From contig MU053482.1 of assembly GCA_013239625.1 (NCBI GenBank), positions 3,247,922 to 3,311,921 of the forward strand: DNA of 64,000 nucleotides. The letters are read 5' to 3'. The DNA comes from Lama guanicoe. Its lineage: Eukaryota. Shown here piece after piece: positions 47,659 to 61,079 of the stretch (positions within the stretch are counted from its first letter, which is position 1; every line of letters begins with the position of its first letter). Under the pieces are notes generated by a model, which made no database searches, had not been told where the DNA came from, and was given only the letters and a program-made list of their open reading frames with translations. A program made the translations under genes and the position numbers.

Positions 47659-50271
47659 AAAAATAAACAATCCCTAGTGAGACTCTATATAATATATACA
47701 TAGCAGAAAAGATCAGTTATGCTGTTTTGTTTTGCTTTAATTAGATGCTTTAGTAATTAATGATTCTGTTTAATTATTAGTAAAAAAAAAAAAGACACTT
47801 CCATTATACAAGAGAACAAAAAGAAAGCAAGAGGACAGCTTTCAGAAATCATTACTTCAATTTAACTGTACAAATTAAATCAGTCCAGAATATAGATATT
47901 TTTGGACTTAAACTATTGTTTGTAAAAACTGCTTCAACTAACATGCTTACTGAATAATAAAAATGGTATCAATATTTGTTCAGATTAAAATCAAATAGGA
48001 AAGATTACAAAGCATCAATTAAAAATAAATATGAACACATAGTTCTACAAAACTTATTTTTCTTCTAAAAATAACAAAATATAATGCTTGTTTAGCTGTG
48101 CTTTGATTTGTACATGAATGTTATGATCTTATTTCTAGGTAACATCAAAGTTTTGTCAATGCTGGGCTGGTGGGTGGAACACAGGATGTCCTCTTCCCAC
48201 ACTTCTGTATGTGTACATCTCCTTTTCTTGTGCTGAATTCTAATACAGTAGACCAGTGGGTGCTATGGATCAATGGGTAAGGAATGGATTATCTCCTGAA
48301 GCACAGCCCTGGTATAATCATCCAGAAGAGACAGATCCTTGGGACAGAAAACTAGAAGCAAGAAAGTAGATCGTAGATAAACCTGACAGGAATGGACTGT
48401 TTGGCCCCCATCCAGGGCCCAGAATTAAGGAGACATGTTAAAAAAAAAAAAAAAGAAGACCTCCATCACATGATGACAAGCCAGAAACTACGTAGGACAG
48501 TATTCCCTTTAGAAGACCACAGACCAAAAAGGAGTAAACTACACCTTGTAAACCAGACAACTAACTTAAAAGTTACTCTCTGGCTTCATTACCCTTTTGT
48601 TTGGTCTTTTTCAATATCCAGCCTTGTTTCAGCTGTGTCTCAGGAAATAAAGGGGAAATGATTGGATAGGGAGAGAGTTATTCAGGCCAGAATGTTAAGA
48701 AAAAAGTGGCATTCCATGCGAACACTAGAGAAATGGAAAAATTGGAGCTGTGAGGTCAAGCCAATCCTTCCCATGTGGTGGCCTTCTTTCCACTGTCAAC
48801 CTTGGAAGACAATATCCTTGCCAACAATAAAAACGGGTTTTCACTTTATTAAGAGAACTAGAAAGTTTCTGCACAAGTACCTAGAACCAAATTAACACTT
48901 AACTTTCTACAAAAGATTCTGCTGATAAGGAAAAAAATGTTTCTCACCATAATTCCAGACTCACTTGTTATACCAAAAAATACAACCACACTTTGTAATA
49001 GAAAAATATTTTCAAAAGCAAGTTTATCTTCCTGAGTGCCAAAATTCTACGGAAATATTTCGGAACCTTCTTGTGTAACAGGTTTTTAAATTTTGCTTTT
49101 CCAAAGTATCAAGAATTTCAACTCCAGAAATTAAGGGCAGAAAGACAAGAAAACAATGCGATGAAAGGTGACAAGCCTCAAAATAGCTGGGGAAAAAACA
49201 AACAAAAAAAAATCCCTGTCTTGGCTACTCTCATATAATCTTCATGTATTACTTATCAGCTCTCATCTTCTGGTCCCAGTATTTCAGCCAAATTGAAGAT
49301 GTAGTCATTGTTTACCACTTCGGTGCCTTTGCCACTACTACTGTTCCCTCACCTAAAAATCCTTTCCCTATTCCTCTCCCTCACTCTTTATCCTCCAGTC
49401 CTTGAAATGTATTTATAAAGAAATGTTTTCATTTAAAGTCAGAAAACTGAATTCAAGTTCCATTTACTCCCGTTTAATTCCGTTTATGATCTGTATGAAA
49501 GTAGGCTATTTAACTTTGACTGACCCCACAGGGTAACTCCCTGTGTTACTATGAAGTCACTGAGATAATGTACATGGAAACACTAATTTTTTTTAATGGA
49601 TAAAATGAAATAGTTTCCGCCTGTGAAACAAATGCCTAAAAAAATAAATGTAAGCTGTGTGACACATCCAAAAATGTATCTATTAGCTTTACCAACACAA
49701 TAATGTGGAGAGAACAGATGGCACTAGTAAAAGTTAGAACAAAGAACATATATAAATCTAAACCTTTCCAAAAGCTATGTGCAAAATATATAATATATAT
49801 ATGTATCCTCCAAGAAATTCTGAATTTTATGTAGCATATTATTCACTCAAGTATTTAAAGCAAGTGTTGGGGATTTTTTTGTTTTTGGTAGGTTTTTCTT
49901 TCAAGTGGGAGACACAATCATATATTTCTGTTTATAACTCCATTAGATAGTGCATGTTGCCAAGGAGACCACAAATGTAGCTAAGGTCCCAGATGTATCA
50001 AGCCCTTCTCTCTCTTCCCCTGCTCCTGCCATACACTTAGAAGGTTCCAGGCACACAGTTGGATGCTGGTCCTCATGAGCCCTTGGTCATTAGAATTTTG
50101 TTTTAACTTGTAATGGTGAGGGCATGATTTTCTTAAAATATATTTAGATGCTGAATGTATATTCTATTACAAAATTATTTCTCAAAAAATAAGTCTCATA
50201 TTTAACACTATTCTGTCCAGATAAATTTCCTAATATTTATGAACTAGCATTATAAAAAATGCATGAACCAC

Positions 50272-50710
50272 TGTTTGCTGAATAGTATTCCACAAAATTC
50301 ACATCCATGAGAACCCCAGAATGTGACCTTATTTGGAAATAGCCTTTGCAGATATAATTAGCTAAGGATCTCGAGATGAAATCATCCTGGATTTTGGGTG
50401 GGCCCTAAATCCAATGATTAGTGTCTTCATAAGAAAAAGGAAAAGATTTGGACACAGAGACACTGAAAAAAAGGCCATGTGAAGACGAGGCAGAAATTAG
50501 AGTCATGCTGCCACAAATAAAGAAAGCCTAGGACCAACAGAAGCTAGAAGAAGCAGGAAAGGATTCTTCTCTAGTCTTCATGGGAGCACTATCCTTCCAG
50601 CACCTTGATTTCAGACTTCTAGCTTTCAGAATTATGAGAAAATAAATGTCTGTTGTTTTAAGACACCAAGTTTGTGATAACTTGTTACGGCAGCCCTAGG
50701 AAGCTATACA
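50272..50710 (+). mobile_element. MaLR solo LTR (MLT1B/C-like)
   Basis: CAGAATGTGACCTTATTTGGAAATAG...GGGCCCTAAATCCAATGA...GCAGCCCTAGGAAGCTATACA. Confidence 0.9.
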
Positions 50711-53325
50711 GTGTTGGAGAGCTAACCAGCAGCTATTACACAATATATCGTACTATTTTTGAGACATTTTAGAGTGAGGATTATTTCTCTGGTACTTCCC
50801 TGTAATAGCATTAATGCTGCCTTAAAACACAAGCATTTTTTCTTTTCTTAATCTTTTCTTTCTATACTCCAGAATAATTAGCATCTGTAGAACTATACAT
50901 ACAATTTTAAAAATATAGCCTGTCTGAGGTACATTTATATTTAAGTAGCAGTTGTATGAAATACTTCCATAGGCAAAATTACTTTTTCATTGATTTTGTT
51001 CAGTAAACAGTGGAAAACTTTATTATAACTAAAAAATTTTTCTGAAAAGTTCTACAAGGAAGACATTGATAAGTATGTATAAGGGGAAGTAAAATAATTA
51101 TGAAATTATAAGTTATATTTTCCTTCACAATGCAGATTATAGAAATGAGAACTTTAAATAAAAGCATTTACTTTATAATTTCATAACAAATCATTACTCA
51201 CATTCATCAATAATTAAAAACAAGACATTAAATCTTGTGATATTTAATGATCTCAGTTTTGACAAAAGTAAATGATTATAATTAAGAAATACTAGTCAAC
51301 CAATACAATGATTTAGTCAATGGCTTCACTTTTATAATGGTTTTTAATGAAGCTCATCATCATGATGAGTACAACAATCTATAATATATAAATCAACCTA
51401 CAACTGGGAAATAAATTTATTTTGAGAGGTTTGTTAGGTTTCTTAGGAATTCATTATACAGATATACTTGTATTTAAAATTTTAAAGCTTACCCTGAAAC
51501 CTCTCTTAGCACGCTTCACCACTCTTTTCCCAATAGTATCCTGTGCATTAATGCTAATTTTATCTGTAGATTTCTGGTTCTATAATATGCCTATGTGATT
51601 TGTCACCTCCCACAAAGCTGATAGTGACAAGTTTTGATGTACACCATTACAGAATATTTCCAAGACTAATGAAATGGCAAATTATTTTTCAAACTACACA
51701 CTCTTTAAAGGGGAGTATTCAGAGCTCACTGATAATATTTGTATCTTGTATACATGTGCTTGAAACTCCAAGTCATCAGGAACTTTCTTCCCATACCTAT
51801 CGTCACCCTCTCCAGCATCAATTGCTTTCATTCCACTGATTTCCACTCTTCTTTCTGCCTTTATATATGCACAAATCTGCCCTATACATTTCTTTAAACT
51901 CTCATTGGACCACACGATTTCTTGCAAATTAATTCAAACATGTCTTATTAAGCACTAATCAGCTAGACAACTCTGGGATATAAAAAACCAAAGTCTTTTT
52001 ATCCTGAAGAAAAAGCATTCAAACTTTTCCAACCAGATATTCGTACCTCTCAAAAATCAGATGACTCACATACAGTCTTAACCCGCTTCCTCCACTTCCT
52101 ATCCTTTCTCCTATTTAAAATTCTGCAATTTGTTTTACAACACAACATTGTTACGTTGTGTTGAAGTCCTACCCCAGCAGAAACAATCCTGGGGTAAGAC
52201 TATTCTTGATATAAATTCTCAGAAGACAGAATGGTGTACTGGAGTATAGGCATCAGGAAACTTCTAGTCCAGGATTTGCCACTCAACAGCTGTGTAATCA
52301 TTCACAGGTTAACAATATGCAGGGAAGGGATGGGGGCGCATGGGCACATTGGTTCCTTACATACAAACTGGATTCAATTAGATAATCTGTAGTTAACTTT
52401 CAACTCTAAAATTTTATGAAACACGAAGATCTTCATACACTCCACATCTGATCTCTATCTGCCACACCTGACACTAAGAATTATTCCTTCACTTTCTATG
52501 ACTCTGGATTCCTATCCCCTCCACCACTGTGTACTTGGATTAAGATTAGCTATATTCAACAAAAAATTCAAATTTATAGTGGTTTAAACATACAAGATCA
52601 TAATCTTTCATGTAAAAAATTAAAAACTCCAGAGGCAGCTATGACAATCCCACTATGTCATTAGAGACCCAGGTTCTTTCTAGCTTTTTCCTCAGATCCC
52701 CAGGTGTAGGCTCTTACCTACACCATCCAAGATGGCTGCTGGAGCTCCAGTCCATATAAGCATGTCAGTCTCAGGAAAGAAGAAAACATACCCTCTTTTA
52801 GAATACTTTTTGGGATACTACACTCATTTCCACTTACATAAAACTGCTCAGAACTTATTCACATTTATATGTTAGGAACTTGAAAGTAGTCTCTCCTGCA
52901 TGACTAGATAACTAGCCAAAAATCAGGGGTTCTATCAACATCGAGGCGAATCGCTATTGGGGAAAATCAAATGTCTCTCTCAAATTCTCCAACTCCTTCT
53001 TCTATGGTTCTTTTTATTTTCCATCCTCTTAGCAATAATGTTCCCCAATGATCAGTCCTTGGTCCTGTATTCTTCTGTCTCTACACTAACTTTCTAAAGG
53101 TACTCATACTGTGTCATAGCTCTGTCTACTCAAAGGATTCTCAAGTCTCTGTGTCCAACCCCTACCTATCTTACCTTCTGAAGTCTCCATTTGGATGGCT
53201 ATATAATAATACCTATTATCTTCCAAGCCAACAAAGACAAATAACTAATTTTAAAAGAAAAATATTTGCAATCTTCTTATTTAAAAGTCACAGTATCACA
53301 AGTATCCCAGACCTTTTCTGAAGTC

Positions 53326-53371
53326 ACCTCTGACCTTTTCCTCAAGCTACCTCTGACCTTTTCCTCAAGCT
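53326..53371. repeat. 23-bp exact tandem duplication
   Basis: ACCTCTGACCTTTTCCTCAAGCT x2. Confidence 0.95.
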
Positions 53372-53547
53372 ATGGGTTGCAGATCATAGGGAGCGTCTAA
53401 AAAGGAAGGAAATAAATTGGACTATATGAAATTTATACAGCATATGACTTGGGATGTGCATTTATCAAACTGGCTTTGCCCGCCCCCCCAACTCTACTGT
53501 AATGTTTCAAAGTCATTATCCTAATTATTAAGTCTATGAGTCTATTT

Positions 53548-53930
53548 GTCATAGATGTAGAATGTGTGTCTCCCTCCTCCACCACAAAATGCATCTGTTG
53601 AAACCTAAACCCTATGTGATAGCATTTGGAGGTGGGGCCAAAGCAATGGTATTTGGAGGTGACTACATCATGAGGGCAGAGTTCTCATTAATGGGACTAG
53701 TGTCCTTATCAAAGAGATCCCAGAGAGCTCCCTTGCCCCTTCCACCAAGTGAGGACACGGTGAGAAGACAGCCATCTATGGGCCAGGAAGTAAACCCTCA
53801 CGAGACCATGAAGCTGCCTGTGCCTTATCTTGGATTTTCCAGCCTCCAGAACTCTGAGAAATAAATGTTTGTTGTTTAAGCCACCCAGTCTAGGGTAATT
53901 TGTTACAGCAACCCAAATAGACTAAGACAC
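53548..53930 (+). mobile_element. MaLR solo LTR (MLT1A0-like)
   Basis: TTTGGAGGTGGGGCC...CAGAGAGCTCCCTTGCCCCTTCCACC...CCAAATAGACTAAGACA. Confidence 0.9.
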
Positions 53931-53999
53931 TATATTTAGTCCTCATTATACAAGACATTTTCAGAGCATTTCACATTTATTCATCATTTCCTCCTCCTC

Positions 54000-55105
54000 A
54001 AAATTCTCTACACTCAAGGTTTCCAAGATACCACTCTATCTTGGTTCTCTTGCAATACCCCTGACCACTCCTGTTCAGTTTCCTGGCGGCTACTGCTCTA
54101 TTTACCTCTTAAATATTTAATTTTCTCCGGGTTCAATTCTTAGGCCACGCCTTTTTTCTCTCTATACACATTTCCTGAACAGTCTCATTTTTTTTTCTTT
54201 ATTTCTGGCAATCAGCTGGCTACCAGTAATTCCCAAACTAAACCTCTAATCTTCACTTCTCTCCTAACCACCTGACCCACATATCTAAACACCTAAATGA
54301 CAGTTCTACCTTGATTATAAACAGGCACATTTAATTCAACATACCCAAAACTAAGCTCAGCATTTCTTTCGTCATTCAAATTCATTTTTTTTTCTCCTGA
54401 ATTCCCCGTTTGGATTAATAGCATCATCACCCAATTACCCAGGCTAGAAACTTTTACCATCAACTACTCTTCCTCTTTTACCCTTCACATCCATTCATTA
54501 CTAAATTTTGCTAATTTGAGCTTTTAAATTTCTCTAGAATCCATACTTTCCTTTCCAGTCCCACTGTAAAAGCTGAGTTTTTTCACACTGGTTTTTCTCC
54601 CTTTTGTCCACTGCCATTTGAGTCACATTTCTATGTGTTTCTTTTTTTTTTTTAAGAACCCCTATTTTTCAATAGCCCCCACTGTCTACAGAGTCAAAGC
54701 TAAATTCCATAGCCTAATACATGGAGCTTTTCACAGTCTGACCCCAACCCACTCCAGCATCAAAGCTTACCTCAGTTTCCATCTACACTATACCTCTCCC
54801 CATTCCTGGAACAAGACATTCATACATTTACATGTTTTTCTCTCTGTTTATAATCTACTTTACCCTTTCTTCTACCTAGCAAGTGGTTATTCATCCTGCA
54901 TAACTTGGTTTAAACACCACCTCTCATAGGAAGCCTTCTGTTTCCCTCAGTAAAGTGGATCCACTGTCTTCATTTATCACTACTTATTTCAAGATTGGCT
55001 CCATTAATGACTAAGTTAGAGATAGAATCTTACTACTTACTCATTTATTTTTGTTCTAACAATTAGCACAATGCCTGGAAAGCAATAAATACTTATCAAA
55101 TCACT
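54000..55105. mobile_element. L2 LINE remnant
   Basis: Pyrimidine-rich decayed L2 text ending TAGCACAATGCCTGGAAAGCAATAAATACTTA. Confidence 0.65.
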
Positions 55106-56889
55106 AAATTCCAAACGGTGATTGACAGTTGGCAACAAACAGCAACCAAGAAATCCCAAATACTTCAATACAGAATAGGGGAGGGGAGGGCATCCAGGCT
55201 GACTATGAATTACAATGGCTCAATAATAAATAATTATCAATTTTTTAAATACCTCTAACTATGATACTCTAGGTATTGTGCATAAATTAACCTTTTAGCT
55301 TATCTCACTTGCACTGCTTAAAGAAAACTGATGAAATACATAAGAAATATTTCAAATGCTTTCTCCAATATATTTAAGCAGGTTGGTATGAAAAAATGTA
55401 AGAACCTCAAATGATTGATACTTGACTCCAGGTTAAATATTATCTAGATAAGTGCATTAAATTCTAAATGTATTAATGAACAGCAAAAGTAAACAAATAG
55501 AAAAAAGTAAAAGCATATAAAGGAATTAACCTATGTGGTCATTTTCAGTTCTTCTTGCACAAACCTCAGTAAAAATACAAGAAAGTAAAAACTGTAAGTA
55601 AAATAAAGATAGTTGGCTAAGTAACTTCACCTACTAGGACAAATGAAGTTTCTTAATTATTGTGTCACAGGACATATGCAAAGTCAGGAAAACAAAGTCA
55701 AATTTCAAATTATCAAAATCAAACTGTCATAAAAATCAGTGATTTTCAAGCTATGTTCTCCTCAGCATGACAGTACTATCCAGAAGAGCACAAAACCAGA
55801 AACAAGTTAAATATCCAATAATAAAATGAATGATGAAGTTGTTATAATACCCATTATTAATATATCCACAAGATACAATAATTTAGCAACTGAAGATTAT
55901 GTTTTTCTGGAATTTTATAGAATAACCTTTCCTTCTGTCACCAATGTTTGGAAAAAATAAGGCTACTCTGAGTATCTTTTTATCTTCCTCATAGCATTAT
56001 TTAAATTAAACTTTTTATTTTGAGGTAACTGCGAGAAATAATACAGATACCCATTTCTCTTTACCCAGTTCTCCCAATTACAACTTGCAAAATTGTAGTA
56101 CAATATCAACACCAGGATATTGACGTTAATCTGATCTACTTTCTTATTCAGATTCCCCATTTTACTGCACTCATTTGTGTTTGTGTGTGTTTGTGTATTT
56201 AGTTTTATGCAATTGTATCATATATGTAGGTTTATGTATCCATTACCCAGTCAAGATACAAAACAGTTCACTACCACGAAAATCCCTCCTGTTACCCTTT
56301 ATAAGCATACTCATCTCCCAGCCTCCTTCCTTATATCCTTTTGTATTTCCCAGATGTTCAGCAATTGTGTATTCACTCAATACATCTTTATTAAACACTT
56401 ACTATGTCAAGCACTCCTCCTTGCATACAATTCAAATAGCATGCATTAACTATTTTTTCCAGTTTGTAAAAGTAATTTTTCAAAAAACAAGGTTTTTTCC
56501 CTTTCAACTTTAAAATACAAATACGAAAAAAAATCAACTAAAAATAAAAAGTATCATTAACTGAAAAGATATTTTAGGAACAAAAATAGTTTAGTATGTT
56601 GAACCAATAATTCCAGGAACAATCTGGAATTAGACACAGAACATATCAGTATCATATTATTATCATAATATTAGCTTTTAGAGAGATGTAGATAATCAAA
56701 TCATACTAACTCCTGAAGAAAGCTTTATAATAAAGGTTTGAAGAATCAATTTGGTTTATTCTTCACCTGTAATTCTAACAAGTACATAGATTTAGTGGAC
56801 TTTCTTCTAGTAAGTTTTTACAGAAGGTTTTACATAAAAGGGACTACTCAAAGGATACAACTCAAGATACAAAATTATTCAGATGTTTA

Positions 56890-57820
56890 AAAAAGTGATT
56901 CAAATTAAAACATCTGCTCTTCAAAATCTATTGTCAAGAAAATGAAAGGACAAGTCACAGATTGGAGGAAAATATTTGCAAAACACCTGACAAAAACTTG
57001 TATTTAGAATTCTAAAGAAACTCAGTAAGAAACCAAACAAATGATCCAATTAAAAAAAATTTGATCATACTCTTTACAAAAAATATTCAAATGCAAAAGG
57101 CACATGAAAAGATGCTCAACATCATTAGCCACCAGGAAAATGAAAATTGAAACCATAATGAGATATCACTATACATCCACTAAAATGGCTAAATTTTAAA
57201 AATAATATACATAAAATTTAAAGGATTAACACTCATACATTGCTGGTAAGTAAGCAAAATGGCACAGACAACTTGGAAAATAGTTTGGCAGTTCCATATG
57301 AAGTTAAACAGATACTGATAATATGACTCAGCAATTCTCCTCAGTAGCTACCCAGGAGAAATGAAACCATATGAACTTTCAAAGATCTGTATGCAAACGT
57401 TCAGAATAACTGTTCATAATGGCCAAAAACTAGAAACTTGAATGTCCACCCACTGGTAAATAGATAAACTGTATTATACTTGGCAATAAAAAGGAACTGA
57501 CAATACATACAAGATGGATAAGTCTCAAACATATTTTTCTAAGTGAAAAAAGCCAGACATGAAAAACTATACAATTCCATTATCAGACATTCTAGAAGAG
57601 ACAAAAACATAAGGACAGAAAACAGATCAGTGATTGCTAGAGGTCAGGGAGATAACTGACTGCAAAGGGGCTTAGAGAACCGTTCTGGAGGGAAGTGTTC
57701 TATATCTGTATCTTGACTGTGGTAGTGGTACGCTTATGTATACATGTCAAAGCTTATTGAACTGTTCAGCTAAAAAAGTGAATTTTATTGCATGTAAATT
57801 ATACTTCAACAAATGACTAA
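56890..57820 (+). mobile_element. L1ME-like ORF2 end and 3'UTR
   Basis: CACATGAAAAGATGCTCAACATCATTAGCC...GTGAATTTTATTGCATGTAAATTATACTTCAA. Confidence 0.85.
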
Positions 57821-58379
57821 AGAAAAATTATCCCAAGTTTTAAAAAAAAATGCATCTCACTATAAAGATTCTACAATTTATAAAAGCTTCTGGATTTTGT
57901 TACTTAAAAACAATCTTCCCTTTCTCTGCCATGGGATGGAGAGTAGTCATTATAGCCCTGGGGTGGGGTGAGAGTTGTCAGAGCCCAAGTAAACCAACGT
58001 GGAAGTCCATGTCGGGAGGAATGGCCAAATGAGTTCAGACAAAATCCAAGCACAACAAGGAGGGTGTCAAAAAGACAGGCAACCTGGCATGGGGCACTGG
58101 GTGTGAAGGGAGTGAGGAGGACATCTTTCTTCACATGAAAGCAGCCCAATGTCAGGTGTCAGAGCCTAACTGGGGTGAGAAGCATATCCACAAATGGCAG
58201 GGAAGCTGACTTGGCGAGCCAGACCCAGAGCAGGTTGAGGATGGTATCCTTGTATCGGGGAATCCTGGTATGGGCTGTTAGGTACTAAAAAAGGTAGGGA
58301 GTAGGAGAGACAGAATGAAGAATATGAATCCAGCAGAGAGAAGAAGGCATCCAGGAAAGGAGGGGATGGTAGCAAAGAT

Positions 58380-59810
58380 GAAAGACTGGTTAAATGGAGG
58401 GAGACTGAACAAAGTAAATATATTAAGGATAACAGAAGATAGATTTCTCACTGTCAGAGAACAGTATTATGAATATGAAAAAGGAAAAAATTAGAATGGA
58501 CCCCAGAGTGTTGGAATGAAATTAGAGATGCTGATGTAAGCTCATAATTTTTAATATACACGGATAAATATAGGTGTATACAAATATTCCCCAGCTCCAT
58601 CCACTAAGGCTTGGAAGCAGTAACAATAACAGGAATAAACACACAAGCACTGAGATCTTAGATTCTAAATGTCATTATCCACTAAAAGGATCCAGCTCTC
58701 CCTAGAGAAATGGCTGATTCCAGGACTAAGGCAGGGACAGTACAATATAAGCCTAGAACATCTTCTTATGACAAAAAGTAAAGACATGCTCAAAGAACGG
58801 TGGGGACATGTCATAAGGTCACAGAAGCCAGCTTGAATGGGCCTTTGCTGGCCAAATTAGAAACAATTTGAACAAAAAAATAAATAGTAACAGAATATAA
58901 TCCATTAAAAAAAAAAGAAAACTATGAGTCCACACAGATATAAATGTATAAAGGAATACATTAAAAGTTTGATTAAGAACAAGATATTTACATAGTTTCA
59001 AGGTAGTACTCACAAAAACCATTTGTTAACTAGCTATTAGATATAAAATTTAGAGTGAAGAAGCCTGGCAGATATTGCTTATACCAAGTAATCAAAGTGA
59101 AAATCACCATTGGGACAAACTGAAATTGTACACCAAATTGGATGCAGTGACCATCACTTCTGTGATATTCCTGCCCAAATACATAACATATACGTATCTA
59201 ATCATAAGAAGAGATAATCCCAAATGAGCAGCATTCCACAAAGTAACAGCCCTATAATCCTCCTTAGGATTAAGGTTATGAAAGTCAAGAGAAGATGAAG
59301 GAATCATTTCAGATTGAAGAAGTCATGCGGCACATGGCCAAAAACATCATGAAAGTAAATGAAAACAATGAAATTCATTGCCATCAAGAACAGGCAAGCA
59401 AGCAGCAAACTCCTGAAGATCAGCACAATTCCTCAGGTGAACTCAAAAGCCATCCAAGAGCTTGCCTCACCTGTGATGGGATGGTCCTATGACAAATAAA
59501 TACAATACATAAGCCTGAACTGAATCATTTTGCCATTGAAAAGATTAACGGCACAATCAGTAGAACTTGAACCAGTCTGAGAACTAGATGGGGTACTACG
59601 TCAGTGTTAATTTCCTGATTTTGATGACTGTATTCTGATTATGTAGGGGAATATACTTGTTTGTAGAGAAAAAAAGAAACTACAGCATTCTGGGGTGATA
59701 GGGCATCAGGTCAGCAGCTTCCTCTCAAATGGTTCAGGAAGAAAAAAAGTTCCTTGTACTGTACTTGCAAGTTTTCTGCAAGTTTGTGATTGTTTCAGTT
59801 TTTTTAATGT
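58380..59810 (+). mobile_element. L1MC-like long 3'UTR
   Basis: GGCTGATTCCAGG..., ATCACTTCTGTGATATTCCTGCC..., GTTAATTTCCTGATTTTGAT..., CTCAAATGGTTCAG. Confidence 0.75.
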
Positions 59811-59822
59811 GAGGGGGGAAAA

Positions 59823-60435
59823 TGTCGCTAAAAATGAAATAATGTTAAAAAAAATGATTCTCCATATTGTTCATCTTGGTAAGAAAGAGATAGCAGACTA
59901 CGCAAAATTACTAGGAAATAAAATTTCGGAGCTGATAGGTAGTTAGTTAGAAATGAGAACTGGGCAGGGGGAGAGGAGGGGGAAAGGAACAATCCAGAAA
60001 ATGGCAGTGTGTCTGCATTCAAGAGAAGGGACTCCAGAAATGTTTACTTTCTCTAAATGAGGTCCGGTAAAAGAAGCCAGTTAAAACCAAAGTGCTGCAG
60101 CTGCGCGTGGGAGGGGTACCTGGTATAACTTGACGGAATGAACCTGCCCAAAAGGGGATGGGCATGCCGGAGCACAGGGAACCTGAGTTGTCAATCAATC
60201 AACCGATCAATCATGAAATCAGGCTATAAAAACATGAAAAACAAAGGAACGGTGCCATTTTTCCTCTTGGATTAGCCCACTCCCAGTTCTCAGGAGTGTA
60301 CTATCTTTCAGTATTTTTTTTTTACTTCACTAATAAAAATCTTGCGTATATCACGCTTTTTGTCTCTCGTCAAAAATTTTTGTTTTGGGTGCCTAAGAAC
60401 CAAGGTAATTCTTATTTCTCCTTTTCCGGGTGACA
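59823..60435 (+). mobile_element. Probable solo LTR (ERV1-like)
   Basis: Termini TGTCGC...GTGACA form an imperfect inverted repeat. TATAAA at 60225, AATAAA at 60332, and a U5-like CCTAAGAACC. No clear TSD, so the left end is uncertain. Confidence 0.6.
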
Positions 60436-61079
60436 GAGCCAGAAGACACTTTAATATAGTCCAACCTCTTCTAACAGTTAACTTCGATTAAGTCAAGAGG
60501 AGTGAAAAACTAAAGAATATAAAAGGTTCCCGCTAAAGGAAGTTATTAGGAAAGGAATAGTGAAAGGGGCAGTCGACCAAGAGTGGGTAGAACAATGGTA
60601 TTTTGAGGCTATAAATGGCTGTAACCATCAGCAAAACACAATCTCAGCATCTCCTCTGAAAAATGAAGGGGCTGTCTAGCTGATATCTAAAATTCCTTGC
60701 AAATGTGCGACCAGAATTACCCTGAAATAGATGAGCTTCCCCAGCTCAAACTATTACATTATGCTTAGGTATACAGTAACACAAAGGAATATAAATATAA
60801 AAATAAACGTGCATAAATCCTGATTCCTTTTAAGTTGTGGAAATCAATTAAATTAAAATGCACTACATCTGCCAGATTGTTATAAAGAAAATTTTCCGAC
60901 GAATTGAAAGAACACTTAAAACACACATTAAAGTGAACAAGATCACCTTGTTGACTGTCCTTACTTAAAAGATAGTGTTCAGATTCATTCTGAAATGACC
61001 GTCACATCTGTCCTGAAAGAACAGGGAGTATTTGCTAAAAACGTGTATAAGGTCAAGGATTCTTTCCCCTTCCCCGGTA

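Noticed and set aside
51353..51369. Short palindrome CTCATCAT-C-ATGATGAG (similar small hairpin at ~55619-55654)
   Set aside because: Too short to be distinguished from chance, and there is no supporting context.
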